DNA of 32,000 nt, taken from a cyanobacterium endosymbiont of Braarudosphaera bigelowii (GTDB lineage Bacteria > Cyanobacteriota > Cyanobacteriia > Cyanobacteriales > Microcystaceae). The translations under genes and the position numbers were made by a program. Positions 18,771 to 28,453 of the stretch are shown here, piece after piece. Positions within the stretch are counted from its first letter, which is position 1. Each line of letters begins with the position of its first letter. Where the stretch lies: NCBI RefSeq assembly GCF_020885515.1, contig NZ_AP024987.1, forward strand, positions 210,001 through 242,000. Direction: 5' to 3'. The notes under the pieces were generated by a model, which saw only the letters and a program-made list of their open reading frames with translations, was not told the DNA's origin and did no database searches.

Positions 18771-19508
18771 ATGACAGATGAAAAACAACAAATAGAAATA
18801 AATCAAGAAACTTCTAAAGTAGAAGAAGCATACAACTCTTCTACTAAAGTTGAAACAAATGGACAAGTCGAAACATCTTCATCAACGAATAAAGACTTGA
18901 TGGTCGGTGAAGATGTTGAATTAGTAGATTCTGAAGCAGAGTTAGAAAAAAATTTGGTTTCTGACTTAACTGAAAAAATAAATGATCTAGAAGCTAAGTT
19001 GCAAGAGCATAACCAACAGTATGAAACTCTTAATAACAATCATCTTCGAGTTAATGCAGAATTTGATAATTACCGAAAACGTTCAATAAAAGAAAAAGAA
19101 GATTTAGAAATTAAGGTTAAGTGTAAGACGATTAGTGAATTATTATCTGTTGTAGATAATTTTGAACGTGCTCGTAATTCGATTAACCCAACAAATGATG
19201 GAGAAGCAACAATACATAAAAGTTATCAAGGAGTATACAAAACACTAGTAGATAGTCTTAAACGTTTAGGTGTCGGACCTATGCGCCCTGAAGGAGAAAT
19301 TTTTAATCCTTTGTATCATGAAGCTATGTTACGAGAATATACTAATGAATATCCAGAAGGAACTATTATTCAGGAGTTGATGCGTGGTTATATGCTAGGT
19401 GAACAAGTGTTAAGGCACTCAATGGTGAAAGTTGCCGCACCTCAAACTTCTGACTCTCTAGATCAGAAAGAAAATTTAGTTACAGACAAAAAAGATGTAG
19501 AAAAATAG
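18771..19508 (+). CDS. grpE: nucleotide exchange factor GrpE
   Basis: An acidic N-terminus is followed by a coiled coil with [18 protein letters not shown], and the C-terminal beta-domain block FNPLYHEAM ... [16 protein letters not shown]. Confidence 0.95.
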   Translation: MTDEKQQIEINQETSKVEEAYNSSTKVETNGQVETSSSTNKDLMVGEDVELVDSEAELEKNLVSDLTEKINDLEAKLQEHNQQYETLNNNHLRVNAEFDNYRKRSIKEKEDLEIKVKCKTISELLSVVDNFERARNSINPTNDGEATIHKSYQGVYKTLVDSLKRLGVGPMRPEGEIFNPLYHEAMLREYTNEYPEGTIIQELMRGYMLGEQVLRHSMVKVAAPQTSDSLDQKENLVTDKKDVEK

Positions 19509-19510
19509 GG

Positions 19511-19578
19511 TAGTTAAACTCATTTTATATAGAAACTAAAACATATGTTCTAATTTCTATATAAAATGAGTTTAGCTG
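19511..19578. repeat. about 68-nt near-perfect palindrome between convergent grpE and the K+ channel gene (hairpin or bidirectional 3'-end element)
   Basis: A 21-bp perfect stem pairs 19515-19535 (TAAACTCATTTTATATAGAAA) with 19554-19574. It extends outward through a T.G pair to 19511/19578. The 18-nt loop contains its own palindrome AACATATGTT. The element starts 3 nt after the grpE TAG and ends 30 nt before the channel stop codon. Confidence 0.6.
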
Positions 19579-19607
19579 AAGTAAAATGCTATTTATTGTT
19601 AAAAATT

Positions 19608-20696
19608 TTACACATTTTTAAAGCTATGTTGGTGTCTTGGTGGCCTTAAAGTCGCAGAACGATTGATAGGTCCCAAAATTTGATTAAGTTGACGCAATTG
19701 TTCAGGAGTACCCATGCAAATAAGTAAATCTCCTGCCATTAATTCTGTCTCTCCTGTCGGTCCACCTAATAATGCACCATCAGAACGCCGAATGGCTAAA
19801 ACTAATGAACCTGATTGAAGCCTAAGCCTTGCCTCACTCAAAGTTTGTCCCACACAGGGACAATATTTAGGATCAACAAGAAACTCTTCCATATAAAATG
19901 TGCGATCACTACCAGTTAGGATACCATCTACAAAATCCATAACTTGAGGCCTTAATGCAGCTGAAGCAAGTCTTTTTCCTCCCGTAATGTAAGGTGAAAC
20001 AACAGCATCAGCTCCAGCTCTTTGTAGTTTAAGAACTGCTTCTTCTGTACTAGCTCTAGCAATTGCTCTAATTTTTGGGTTTAAAGTTTTTGCAGAAAGT
20101 ACAGTATAAAGATTTTCTGCATCAGAGGTTAAGGCAGAGACTAAACATACAGCTTTCTCTATCTTGGCGTTTACTAGGCATTCATCAAGAGTAGCATCTC
20201 CTTGGATTACGACATAGCCTAATTGTTTTGCTTCTTCCACTTGTTCAGGTCGAGAATCAATAATAACAAAAGGAACTTCTTCTGCAGTAAACTCTAATGC
20301 AACTTGACGAGCAGTACGTCCATAGCCACAAACAATACAGTGATGTTCTAAAGTATCTATCAAACGCTTCTCCTGTCTTTGTCGAATTCCTTCCTGAAAA
20401 TAACCTTGAATTAAGGCTTCTGTTAAACGATTAACAATATAACCAATTGTAATAACCCCCATCGAAATAAGAACGATAGTAAAAAGTTTAGAATTATCAT
20501 CTAAAGGATGAACTTCTGAAAAGCCAACTGTTGAAAGGGTTATCATGGTCATATACGCTGCTTCTGTCAATGACCATCTCTCAATTAAGTAATACCAAAT
20601 TGTTCCAGAAAGAAAAACTCCTCCTAAAGCAAATGCCCCGCCAATTAATTCCTTCCGTAATCGTTGATATTTTTCTTTAAAAGAATATAAAGCCAT
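19608..20696 (-). CDS. two-TM potassium-channel-family protein with RCK (TrkA-N) and TrkA-C domains
   Basis: There are two TM helices and a pore segment MITLSTVGFSEVHPL. The Rossmann motif HCIVCGYGRTARQVA marks TrkA-N/RCK, and a C-terminal TrkA-C-like domain follows (LSEARLRLQSGSLVLAIRR...LMAGDLLICMG). The ORF-track start at 20705 is TTG, and I prefer the ATG three codons in (20696). Confidence 0.85.
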   Translation of the reverse strand: MALYSFKEKYQRLRKELIGGAFALGGVFLSGTIWYYLIERWSLTEAAYMTMITLSTVGFSEVHPLDDNSKLFTIVLISMGVITIGYIVNRLTEALIQGYFQEGIRQRQEKRLIDTLEHHCIVCGYGRTARQVALEFTAEEVPFVIIDSRPEQVEEAKQLGYVVIQGDATLDECLVNAKIEKAVCLVSALTSDAENLYTVLSAKTLNPKIRAIARASTEEAVLKLQRAGADAVVSPYITGGKRLASAALRPQVMDFVDGILTGSDRTFYMEEFLVDPKYCPCVGQTLSEARLRLQSGSLVLAIRRSDGALLGGPTGETELMAGDLLICMGTPEQLRQLNQILGPINRSATLRPPRHQHSFKNV

Positions 20697-20853
20697 AAGA
20701 AACAACGAGAAATATAAACAGTTATTTCCGAAATATTTAATTAAATAATATTTAGAATAAAATTATCTAATATGTTAGTTTATCTCTCAAACAATTCTGA
20801 GAGTAGTAATAAGAACATCTATGTAGGGCTAAAATTATGACTATATATCAAGA

Positions 20854-23295
20854 TCAACTACGGAGAGTAACATTGAATTTCTCTACTAAAATTATACGAA
20901 TTCTATCGTGAGTAGCTTTTACATCTTTATCAGTTAATGTACGTTCATCAGAACGATAAAGTAAACTGAAAGCTAAATTTCTTTGTCCTTTCGGTACACT
21001 TTCTCCTCTATAATCATCAAACAATTCTATTCCTTTTAATAGGCCTCCTCCTACTTGTTTCATTTCTTTAATTAGTTCTGCCACAGAAATACCTAAAGAG
21101 ACAAAAAAAGCTAAGTCTAATTCTATAGGCGGATAAGAGGAATAAGAGTTAAATGTAGGTGTTAAAAGAATTTCTTTGTTAAGAGTCTGCAGTAGAACTT
21201 CAAAATTTAGCTCAAATCCATACACGGTATTAATTAAATCTAATTCCTGACATAACTGTGGATGTAACTGCCCAAATATTCCTAAAAATTGATTGTTTAG
21301 CCATAAAGAAGCTGTACGTCCCGGATGTAACCTTTTATCTTGCTCGTAGGCTTTGTATTCAACTACGATTTTAAATTTTTTAAAAATGCTATCTAAAATA
21401 CCTTTCGCTTCATACCAGGTCATAGGTACTAATTTCCCACTTGTTATCCAACGTCCTGCAGTAAGAAAGTTACCTCCCATGATGCCAGCTAAACTTTCTA
21501 ATTCTTTATTTTGGCCTTCAATATTATAAAAAATTTTGCCAATTTCAAATCCATTTAGAGATTTATTGCCTTGGGATTGGTTATAAGCGAACGTACTAAT
21601 TAAACCATCTAATAAATTATTTCTTAAAGCTGAATATTCTGTTAGTAAAGGATTTGCAAGAACTATATCAGCCTTTTCTGGCTTGACGAGAGAGTATTGT
21701 ACTAATTCATGTAACCCAGCAGAGCGAAATGCTTCTCTAAGCTTACGTTGAATATAATATTCTTGAGAAAGTTTTCCAGGCTCCGTTTTGTAAGGTAACT
21801 CATCACAAAAATTTCCATATCCATAGATACGAGCTATTTCTTCTATTAGATCAATCTCTCTATGCAAATCTCGATAACGATAGGATGGAATAGTGACTAA
21901 CCAAATGTTAGGTATGTTATTAGCTAAGCTTAAGTTACATCCTAAGTTGGTTAGAATATCATGTACTTCTTCCGAAGTTATAAAAGATTTCAGATCATTT
22001 TTCCAAACTGGTCCTAAAAGCTTATGAATACGTTCTAAACGTAAAGTTATTTGAGGAATATTAATCTGAGAACGATTATCGACTATATTTTGAGAAATTG
22101 GCACTCCTCCTGCTAATTCTTGAATTAGTTTAATAGCATTTTGACAAGCCACCTCCAATTCAAATTGATTAACCCCTCTTTCATATCTTATAGAAGCTTC
22201 GGTACGTAAGTTTTGACTTTTTGAAGAGTGACGAATAGTTACTTGATCAAATAAAGCAGTCTCTAGAAAAATATCTTTAGTTTGTTTATCAATTTCTGTT
22301 TCCTTTCCTCCCATGATTCCTGCTAGCGCAACAGGAATATTGTTAGAAGTAATTATTAAATTATTTCTATTTAACTTTTTGTTAGAACCATCTAGTGTCT
22401 CTAAAATCTCTTTATTGTTAGGAGAACGTACTCCAATAGTTAACTGAGTCTTATCTTCTGCATTTTTTTTTAATTTTTTTAAGTCAAAAGCATGCATAGG
22501 CTGGCCCCATTCCAGCAGGATTAAGTTAGTTATATCTACTATGTTGTTAATAGGATCAATTCCTGAAGCTCTAAGTTTTTGTTGTAACCACTGTGGGGAA
22601 GAAGTTACTGTTACATTTTCAATAATAGTTCCAATATAAATTGGACAGGCTTTAGTATCTTCAATTTCTATTTTTAAAGAATCATTGTTATGTTCAAAAA
22701 TAAAATTTTTGACAGTTCTAGGAAAAGTAACTATATTTCCTGTCAAAGATGCTACTTCCCTAGCAATTCCTACCATACTCATTGCATCAGGACGATTAGC
22801 GGTAGGCATAATGCTTAAGATAGTATCGTCTAAACCTAATAAAGAAGAAACATTTTGCCCTATTTTTATAGTATCTTCTTCAAAAATATGAATTTCAGAC
22901 GATTCTTTAGATAGTCCAATTTCCGATAAGGAACAAATCATACCTTCTGATTTAATTCCTTGTAATTCTATCGGTTGAATTTTTAAATCCATCTTAGGTA
23001 AATATGTTCCTAACGTAGCAACAGGGACATATTTACCAATCTCTACATTGGGCGCGCCACATATAATGTTCAGTAAACTTTCTGTCCCAATATCAACTTT
23101 GCAGATATTTAATTTTTGAGTATTCGGATGAGGTTGGCAATCTTTAATTAAACCAACTACAATTCCATTAGCCCATTCCTGACGGTCTTCACATTCATCT
23201 ACCTCTAAACCTACAACTGTTAAGATATCAGCTAATTCTTCATGGGAAAAATTAAAATTTATTAGTTCCCGCAACCACTTAACGGATATTTTCAT
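20854..23295 (-). CDS. pheT: phenylalanine--tRNA ligase beta subunit
   Basis: The 813-aa protein begins MKISVKWLRELI. It has an N-terminal tRNA-binding domain, B3/4 and B5 regions, and a C-terminal FDX-ACB-like domain (FDDYRGESVPKGQRNLAFSLLYRSDERTLTD). Confidence 0.97.
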   Translation of the reverse strand: MKISVKWLRELINFNFSHEELADILTVVGLEVDECEDRQEWANGIVVGLIKDCQPHPNTQKLNICKVDIGTESLLNIICGAPNVEIGKYVPVATLGTYLPKMDLKIQPIELQGIKSEGMICSLSEIGLSKESSEIHIFEEDTIKIGQNVSSLLGLDDTILSIMPTANRPDAMSMVGIAREVASLTGNIVTFPRTVKNFIFEHNNDSLKIEIEDTKACPIYIGTIIENVTVTSSPQWLQQKLRASGIDPINNIVDITNLILLEWGQPMHAFDLKKLKKNAEDKTQLTIGVRSPNNKEILETLDGSNKKLNRNNLIITSNNIPVALAGIMGGKETEIDKQTKDIFLETALFDQVTIRHSSKSQNLRTEASIRYERGVNQFELEVACQNAIKLIQELAGGVPISQNIVDNRSQINIPQITLRLERIHKLLGPVWKNDLKSFITSEEVHDILTNLGCNLSLANNIPNIWLVTIPSYRYRDLHREIDLIEEIARIYGYGNFCDELPYKTEPGKLSQEYYIQRKLREAFRSAGLHELVQYSLVKPEKADIVLANPLLTEYSALRNNLLDGLISTFAYNQSQGNKSLNGFEIGKIFYNIEGQNKELESLAGIMGGNFLTAGRWITSGKLVPMTWYEAKGILDSIFKKFKIVVEYKAYEQDKRLHPGRTASLWLNNQFLGIFGQLHPQLCQELDLINTVYGFELNFEVLLQTLNKEILLTPTFNSYSSYPPIELDLAFFVSLGISVAELIKEMKQVGGGLLKGIELFDDYRGESVPKGQRNLAFSLLYRSDERTLTDKDVKATHDRIRIILVEKFNVTLRS

Positions 23296-23429
23296 AATTT
23301 ATTTTATTATCGTAATAAATTCAAACTCTAGTCTATCAAACAATCATATTGCTTGTTCGATATTCCTTTCCAGTATGTAAGACCTATTATTTTCTTTTAA
23401 TTTAATAAATATTAATTACTTCAAATTAA

Positions 23430-23470
23430 ATATCATTAACTTAAATAATATATTTCTAAGTTAATGATAT
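23430..23470 (-). terminator. hairpin downstream of the TrmH-family gene
   Basis: A perfect 14-bp inverted repeat, ATATCATTAACTTA (23430-23443) / TAAGTTAATGATAT (23457-23470), has a 13-nt loop. It lies 58 nt after the stop codon on the minus strand and is followed there by TTTAATTTG. Confidence 0.45.
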
Positions 23471-23527
23471 ATCTAAGATAGATTTAAAAATAAACTAAAC
23501 ATATATTTAGCTAAGTTTAAAATTTAT

Positions 23528-24313
23528 TTATATTAGGGATTTTTGTCTTTTAGCCTCATATAGAATCAAAGCTGTAGTAATTGCTACATTTAACGATTCT
23601 ACACTTTGTTCTAATGGAACTTTTATTATTTTATCTACCATATTAACTAAAGTTTGCGATAATCCAGAACCTTCATTACCTAATAAAATTATCGTAGGTT
23701 GAGTCAGATTTAAGTTCCAATAAGTTTCTTTAGCGCTTGGCGAAGTTGCAACTATATTTACACCTTGATGTTTATAGTTCATAACTATATCTTTTAAATT
23801 AGATGTAACTACCAAAGGTGCTTTAAACCAAGCACCAGCGGAAGCTCTTATGACTTTTGGATTATCAATATTTACACTATCGTTACTGAGCCAAATACTG
23901 TCAACATTTGTAGCAACAGCTGTACGAATGATAGTTCCTAAATTTCCTGGATCTTGTAATCTCTCTAAAATCAAGCCTAATTTCAGACTAGAAATTTTAG
24001 TTTGGTGGAAAGGTTTGAATAGTGCTGTAGCTATTACTCCATCAGGATTTATAGTAGTTGTAATACTTTTCAATACTTCTGGCGAAACAATTTCATAGCG
24101 TTCTGTAAGTCTAGAGGCTGTTTTCCACAACTCAAAATTTTGTATTTTCCACTTTTCAGTAGAAAGTAAGCTCACCAGGGAACAATTTTTTTCACAAGCT
24201 GTCATAAGCAGATGAGTTCCCTCGAAAAAAAATATTCCTTTTTCTCTTCGTTTCTTTACATTATGTAGTTCACGAATTTGCTTAATTAAGGGATTTTTAG
24301 TACTTGTAATCAT
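23528..24313 (-). CDS. TrmH/SpoU-family RNA 2'-O-methyltransferase (RlmB-like)
   Basis: SPOUT motifs are LILERLQDPGNLGTIIRTA, IILLGNEGSGLS and IKVPL...ESLNVAITTALILYE. An N-terminal substrate-binding domain is present. Confidence 0.88.
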   Translation of the reverse strand: MITSTKNPLIKQIRELHNVKKRREKGIFFFEGTHLLMTACEKNCSLVSLLSTEKWKIQNFELWKTASRLTERYEIVSPEVLKSITTTINPDGVIATALFKPFHQTKISSLKLGLILERLQDPGNLGTIIRTAVATNVDSIWLSNDSVNIDNPKVIRASAGAWFKAPLVVTSNLKDIVMNYKHQGVNIVATSPSAKETYWNLNLTQPTIILLGNEGSGLSQTLVNMVDKIIKVPLEQSVESLNVAITTALILYEAKRQKSLI

Positions 24314-24624
24314 TAAAGATATGAAAAATATTGGTTTGACTTTATACTAGATTTGTATTTAACTACAAAAATTTAATAGGTGCTAAAAATTTAATCTAGT
24401 TATCTAATAATTTTATTGGTTTTATGTAGTAATATTTACTATCTGATTAATCTTTGTTATGGACTAAGGACCAATTCTAGTTTTACTTTTCTATCTAAAA
24501 GCTAAATCCTATCTATGGGAATATTAACTTTTCAGAGTTTTTTGAACCAATGAAATTATACTGAGGATAATTTTAGAACCAGTACTAATTTTTTTTATAG
24601 TATAAAAAAATGTAGTTATACAGC

Positions 24625-25977
24625 TTGATTGCGTATCAAAATTTTATGACATCTTATATAGAAAAACAACAATCAGCTTTGGAAATCCAAGGTCAAAACT
24701 CTCTGAATGGCCAAGTTCGTGTAAGTGGTGCCAAAAATTCAGCTTTAGTTTTAATGGCCGGCTCGATTCTTTGCTCCGAGGATTGTCGTCTTAATAATAT
24801 TCCTGCTTTGGTTGATATTGATCGTATGTCTCAAATTCTTACAGCCATTGGAGTAAAACTTAAAAAAGATGGAGATAGTATAGAGATCAATGCCCAAAAT
24901 ATAGGACAAAACAAAGCACCCTACGAATTAGTATCGCAACTTCGAGCTAGTTTTTTTGTAATTGGTCCTTTGTTAGCAAGACTAGGTAAGACTCGTGTTC
25001 CTTTGCCAGGAGGTTGCGCTATAGGTGCTAGGCCTGTAGATCTCCATGTACGAGGATTACAGGCTATGGGAGCGGATGTTCGGATCGAGCATGGGGTAGT
25101 TCATGCTTGTATTAGAAATAACAATAAAAAACTACAGGGAGCTAAAATATATTTAGATTATCCCAGTGTTGGCGCAACAGAAACAATTATGATGGCTGCA
25201 ACTTTAGCAGAGGGAGAAACTACGATTGAGAATTGTGCACAGGAACCTGAAATTAGCGATTTAGCAAATTTTTGCCGTTCTATGGGAGCAAAAATAAGAG
25301 GTGATGGAACTAAACGAATTATCATATCGGGAGTAGACTATCTTCATAGTACTGAATATTGTGTAATTCCTGATCGTATCGAAGCAGGAACATTACTTAT
25401 AGCAGGAGCCATTACTCAATCAGAGATCAGCTTATATCCTGTCTTTCCTGAACATTTAGCTTCTATTATCGCTAAGTTAAAAGAAGTTGGTCCCAGAGTC
25501 GTTGTTGAAGGAACAGACTCTGTAAGGTTAGTTCCTTGTCCTTTAAAAGCTACTAATTTGAAAACTCTTCCTTTTCCAGGCTTCCCTACAGATATGCAAG
25601 CTCAATTTATGGCTTTGCTTTGTGTTAGCGAAGGAAGTTCTGTAATTACAGAAACTGTCTTTGAAAATCGTCTACGTCATATAGCAGAGCTACAGCGTAT
25701 GGGAGCAGATATCCGAGTTGAAGGTAATATTGCTGTAGTTCAAGGAGTATCTTTCTTGTCTGGTGCTCCTGTCATGGCTACGGATTTACGAGCCTCTGCT
25801 GCTCTTGTCTTGGCTGGATTAGCCGCTCATGGAAAAACAACTATACAAGGACTACATCATCTTGATCGTGGATATGACAATTTGGAAGGTAAACTACGTA
25901 AGTTAGGAGCGAATTTACGTAGAGTTAACATTTCTTGTGATGAAAAAAGTACAGCAGAGCACTCTGTTCAGTTTTAA
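24625..25977 (+). CDS. murA: UDP-N-acetylglucosamine 1-carboxyvinyltransferase
   Basis: [14 protein letters not shown], the catalytic-Cys loop [27 protein letters not shown] and [19 protein letters not shown] are present. The track start is TTG at 24625, and ATG at 24646 is an alternative. Confidence 0.96.
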   Translation: MIAYQNFMTSYIEKQQSALEIQGQNSLNGQVRVSGAKNSALVLMAGSILCSEDCRLNNIPALVDIDRMSQILTAIGVKLKKDGDSIEINAQNIGQNKAPYELVSQLRASFFVIGPLLARLGKTRVPLPGGCAIGARPVDLHVRGLQAMGADVRIEHGVVHACIRNNNKKLQGAKIYLDYPSVGATETIMMAATLAEGETTIENCAQEPEISDLANFCRSMGAKIRGDGTKRIIISGVDYLHSTEYCVIPDRIEAGTLLIAGAITQSEISLYPVFPEHLASIIAKLKEVGPRVVVEGTDSVRLVPCPLKATNLKTLPFPGFPTDMQAQFMALLCVSEGSSVITETVFENRLRHIAELQRMGADIRVEGNIAVVQGVSFLSGAPVMATDLRASAALVLAGLAAHGKTTIQGLHHLDRGYDNLEGKLRKLGANLRRVNISCDEKSTAEHSVQF

Positions 25978-26638
25978 AATTTATTCTTTTAATCATCTAA
26001 TGACAAGAGCATATAAACATCAAAATAGTTAGACTTATTTTTTATAGGTTTACTAAATTTAGATAACAAAAATACACTCAATCAATTTACTAGATTACGT
26101 ATATCTTAAAAGTAGATATCCCTATAAATTTAATCGTATTAACTTAACAGTTAATATTTATACTTAAGATTAGTTTTAAAAATTTCTAGCATACTTTAAG
26201 CCTACATATATTTATACCAAAAATGTACATAAAGAAGCTTTTAATCAAACAAAGTCTAGGAATATAAAATTAAGATCGATTAACTTTTTAATAAACAAGT
26301 TCTTATCTATTTACTTGATTATTTAGAATCTTATGATTTATTGATAAAAAACTATTTTATTAAAGGTAATTTTTTTAAAATTTTATAAATTAAAGATATC
26401 TAAATAAATGAACAACAACATTGAAGATAAGGCTGATTAAGCCTACGTATATATATAAATATTTGACTTAATTGTAGTTTAGTTTAGAAACTTATTATTT
26501 TTAATTTTTAATTTTTAATTAATATTCGATTATTTTTTTATTCCCTGACTAGCCATTTACCGATAATATAAGTAATACTAAAAAAACTTAGTAATAAATT
26601 TAGATTTTAGGAGATGGTAAATTCCGCCCCATTTCCTA

Positions 26639-26661
26639 CTCATCACAGTCATTCTGATGAG
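26639..26661 (+). promoter_or_regulatory. hairpin in a GC-elevated acpP leader
   Basis: CTCATCA (26639-26645) pairs with TGATGAG (26655-26661) around a 9-nt loop, 28 nt upstream of the acpP ATG. It sits in a ~75-nt island of ~40% GC (hand count) at the end of a ~700-bp spacer that is otherwise far more AT-rich. Confidence 0.25.
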
Positions 26662-26688
26662 GTATTTAGCGGTTAATAGTAAAAATTA

Positions 26689-26937
26689 ATGAACCAAGAA
26701 ATATTTGAAAAAGTAAAAGTTATTGTTATCGATAAACTTGAAGTAAAAGAAGAACAAGTTACACTTGAAGCAAATTTCGCTAATGACTTAAGTGCTGATT
26801 CTTTGGATACAGTAGAACTAGTAATGGCTTTAGAAGATGAATTCGATATCGAAATTCCTGATGACGATGCCGAAAACATTAGCACTGTAAAAGCAGCTGT
26901 TGACTATATCGAGCAGGCTAAAGGTAAGGATTTATAG
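26689..26937 (+). CDS. acpP: acyl carrier protein
   Basis: The 82-aa protein carries the phosphopantetheine-attachment motif [25 protein letters not shown]. Confidence 0.97.
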   Translation: MNQEIFEKVKVIVIDKLEVKEEQVTLEANFANDLSADSLDTVELVMALEDEFDIEIPDDDAENISTVKAAVDYIEQAKGKDL

Positions 26938-27014
26938 TAACAGTAGTTTAAATTCTTCTATTACCTCTCCTAGCTATGATATGAGCTAAATTAGATTTTT
27001 AATAAGCGATAATC

Positions 27015-28274
27015 ATGACAAATTTACATTTAAAGAAAGTAGTTATAACAGGATTGGGTGCAATTACTCCTATTGGCAATAATCTCAATGAATATTGGAA
27101 TAGTCTAATGATTGGACGTAGTGGAGTCACCAAAATTAGCTATTTCGATCCTCAGTACCATGTTTGTCGCATTGCAGGAGAGGTTAAAGATTTTAACCCT
27201 TATGATTATTTAGATCGTAAAGATGTGAAGCGTATGGATCGTTTTTGTCAATTTGGAGTATCGGCTAGTTTACAAGCCTTAGCTGATTCACAATTGGTTA
27301 TCAATGAAGTTAATGCTGATCAAATAGGAATTATTATTGGTACCGGAATAGGTGGGGTAAAAGTTCTCGAAGATCAACAAGAAATTTACTTGAATCGTGG
27401 TCCTAGCCGTTGTAGCCCTTTTACGATTCCTACAATGATTGGCAATATGGCTTCTGGGCTTACAGCCATTTATACAGGAGCTAAAGGTCCCAATACATGT
27501 ACTGTGACAGCCTGTGCTGCTGGTTCTCACGCTATTGGTGATGCTTTTCGTCTCATACAACAAGGTTATGCTAAAGCAATGATCTGTGGTGGAGCAGAAG
27601 CAGCGATTACTCCTTTATCGTTGGCAGGATTTGGTTCTGCAAAAGCCTTATCTACCAGAAACGATACCCCTGAAGAAGCTAGTCGTCCTTTTGATAGAGA
27701 TCGAGATGGATTTGTTATGGGCGAGGGTTCGGGAATTTTAATACTTGAAGAATTAGAACATGCCCTTAAAAGAAAAGCTAAAATTTATGGAGAAATTGTC
27801 GGTTATGGTATGACATGTGATGCCTATCATATGACTGCACCCGCGCCTGATGGAGATGGTGCATCTCGAGCTATTAAACTTGCCTTACAGAATGGTAGTA
27901 TTAGTCCTGAACAAGTAGGCTATATTAACGCACATGGTACAAGTACCACAGCAAATGACATTATAGAAACAAAAGCAATCAAAAAAATTTTTAACGACCA
28001 TGCTTATAATATTCCTGTAAGTTCGACTAAGTCAATGACAGGACACTTATTAGGTGGTTCAGGAGGAATTGAGGCAGTAGCAACAGTTATGGCAATCGCT
28101 AAACAAAAAATTCCTCCTACGATTAATTTGGATAATCCAGATATTGAATGTGATCTTGATTATGTCCCTACAAAAAGTCGTTCTCTAAAATTAGATATTG
28201 CACTATCTAATTCTTTTGGTTTCGGAGGACATAATGTTACACTGGCATTCAGAAAGTATAGTAAGAATGAATAG
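27015..28274 (+). CDS. fabF: 3-oxoacyl-ACP synthase II
   Basis: The active-site Cys lies in TVTACAAGSHAIGDA. The catalytic His residues lie in YINAHGTSTTAND and TKSMTGHLLGGSGGIE. The C-terminal block is NSFGFGGHN. The gene lies directly downstream of acpP. Confidence 0.96.
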   Translation: MTNLHLKKVVITGLGAITPIGNNLNEYWNSLMIGRSGVTKISYFDPQYHVCRIAGEVKDFNPYDYLDRKDVKRMDRFCQFGVSASLQALADSQLVINEVNADQIGIIIGTGIGGVKVLEDQQEIYLNRGPSRCSPFTIPTMIGNMASGLTAIYTGAKGPNTCTVTACAAGSHAIGDAFRLIQQGYAKAMICGGAEAAITPLSLAGFGSAKALSTRNDTPEEASRPFDRDRDGFVMGEGSGILILEELEHALKRKAKIYGEIVGYGMTCDAYHMTAPAPDGDGASRAIKLALQNGSISPEQVGYINAHGTSTTANDIIETKAIKKIFNDHAYNIPVSSTKSMTGHLLGGSGGIEAVATVMAIAKQKIPPTINLDNPDIECDLDYVPTKSRSLKLDIALSNSFGFGGHNVTLAFRKYSKNE

Positions 28275-28302
28275 TTAATATTTAAAATGTTTTTTAGAAG
28301 AA

Positions 28303-28334
28303 AATAAAGCTTAGCTAGTTAGTTAAGCTTTATT
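28303..28334 (+). terminator. hairpin downstream of fabF
   Basis: AATAAAGCTTA (28303-28313) pairs with TAAGCTTTATT (28324-28334) around a 10-nt loop, 29 nt after the fabF stop, and is followed by ATGTTTATT. Confidence 0.4.
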
Positions 28335-28453
28335 ATGTTTATTAGCTAAATTTTAGCTTTAATTATCTACAACATAGATAAATGAGGCTTTGTATATTTT
28401 TTAAGCCATATTTAAGATGGGTTAAAATAAACTTGTAATATTATTTTAAATTT

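Noticed and set aside
19608-20705. Horizontal acquisition of the K+ channel gene, suggested by its high GC (~40%) relative to neighbours.
   Set aside because: Reading the codons shows third positions are overwhelmingly A/T, as in the rest of the window. The extra GC sits in first and second codon positions from an Ala/Gly/Arg-rich protein. That indicates amino-acid constraint, not foreign origin.
26497-26522. Tandem AATTTTT repeats (three units) and the nearby TAGTT TAGTT, considered as a possible regulatory or satellite repeat.
   Set aside because: These are very short, pure A/T low-complexity sequences in a very AT-rich spacer. They are expected from slippage and composition alone, and the 7-bp period does not match helical phasing.
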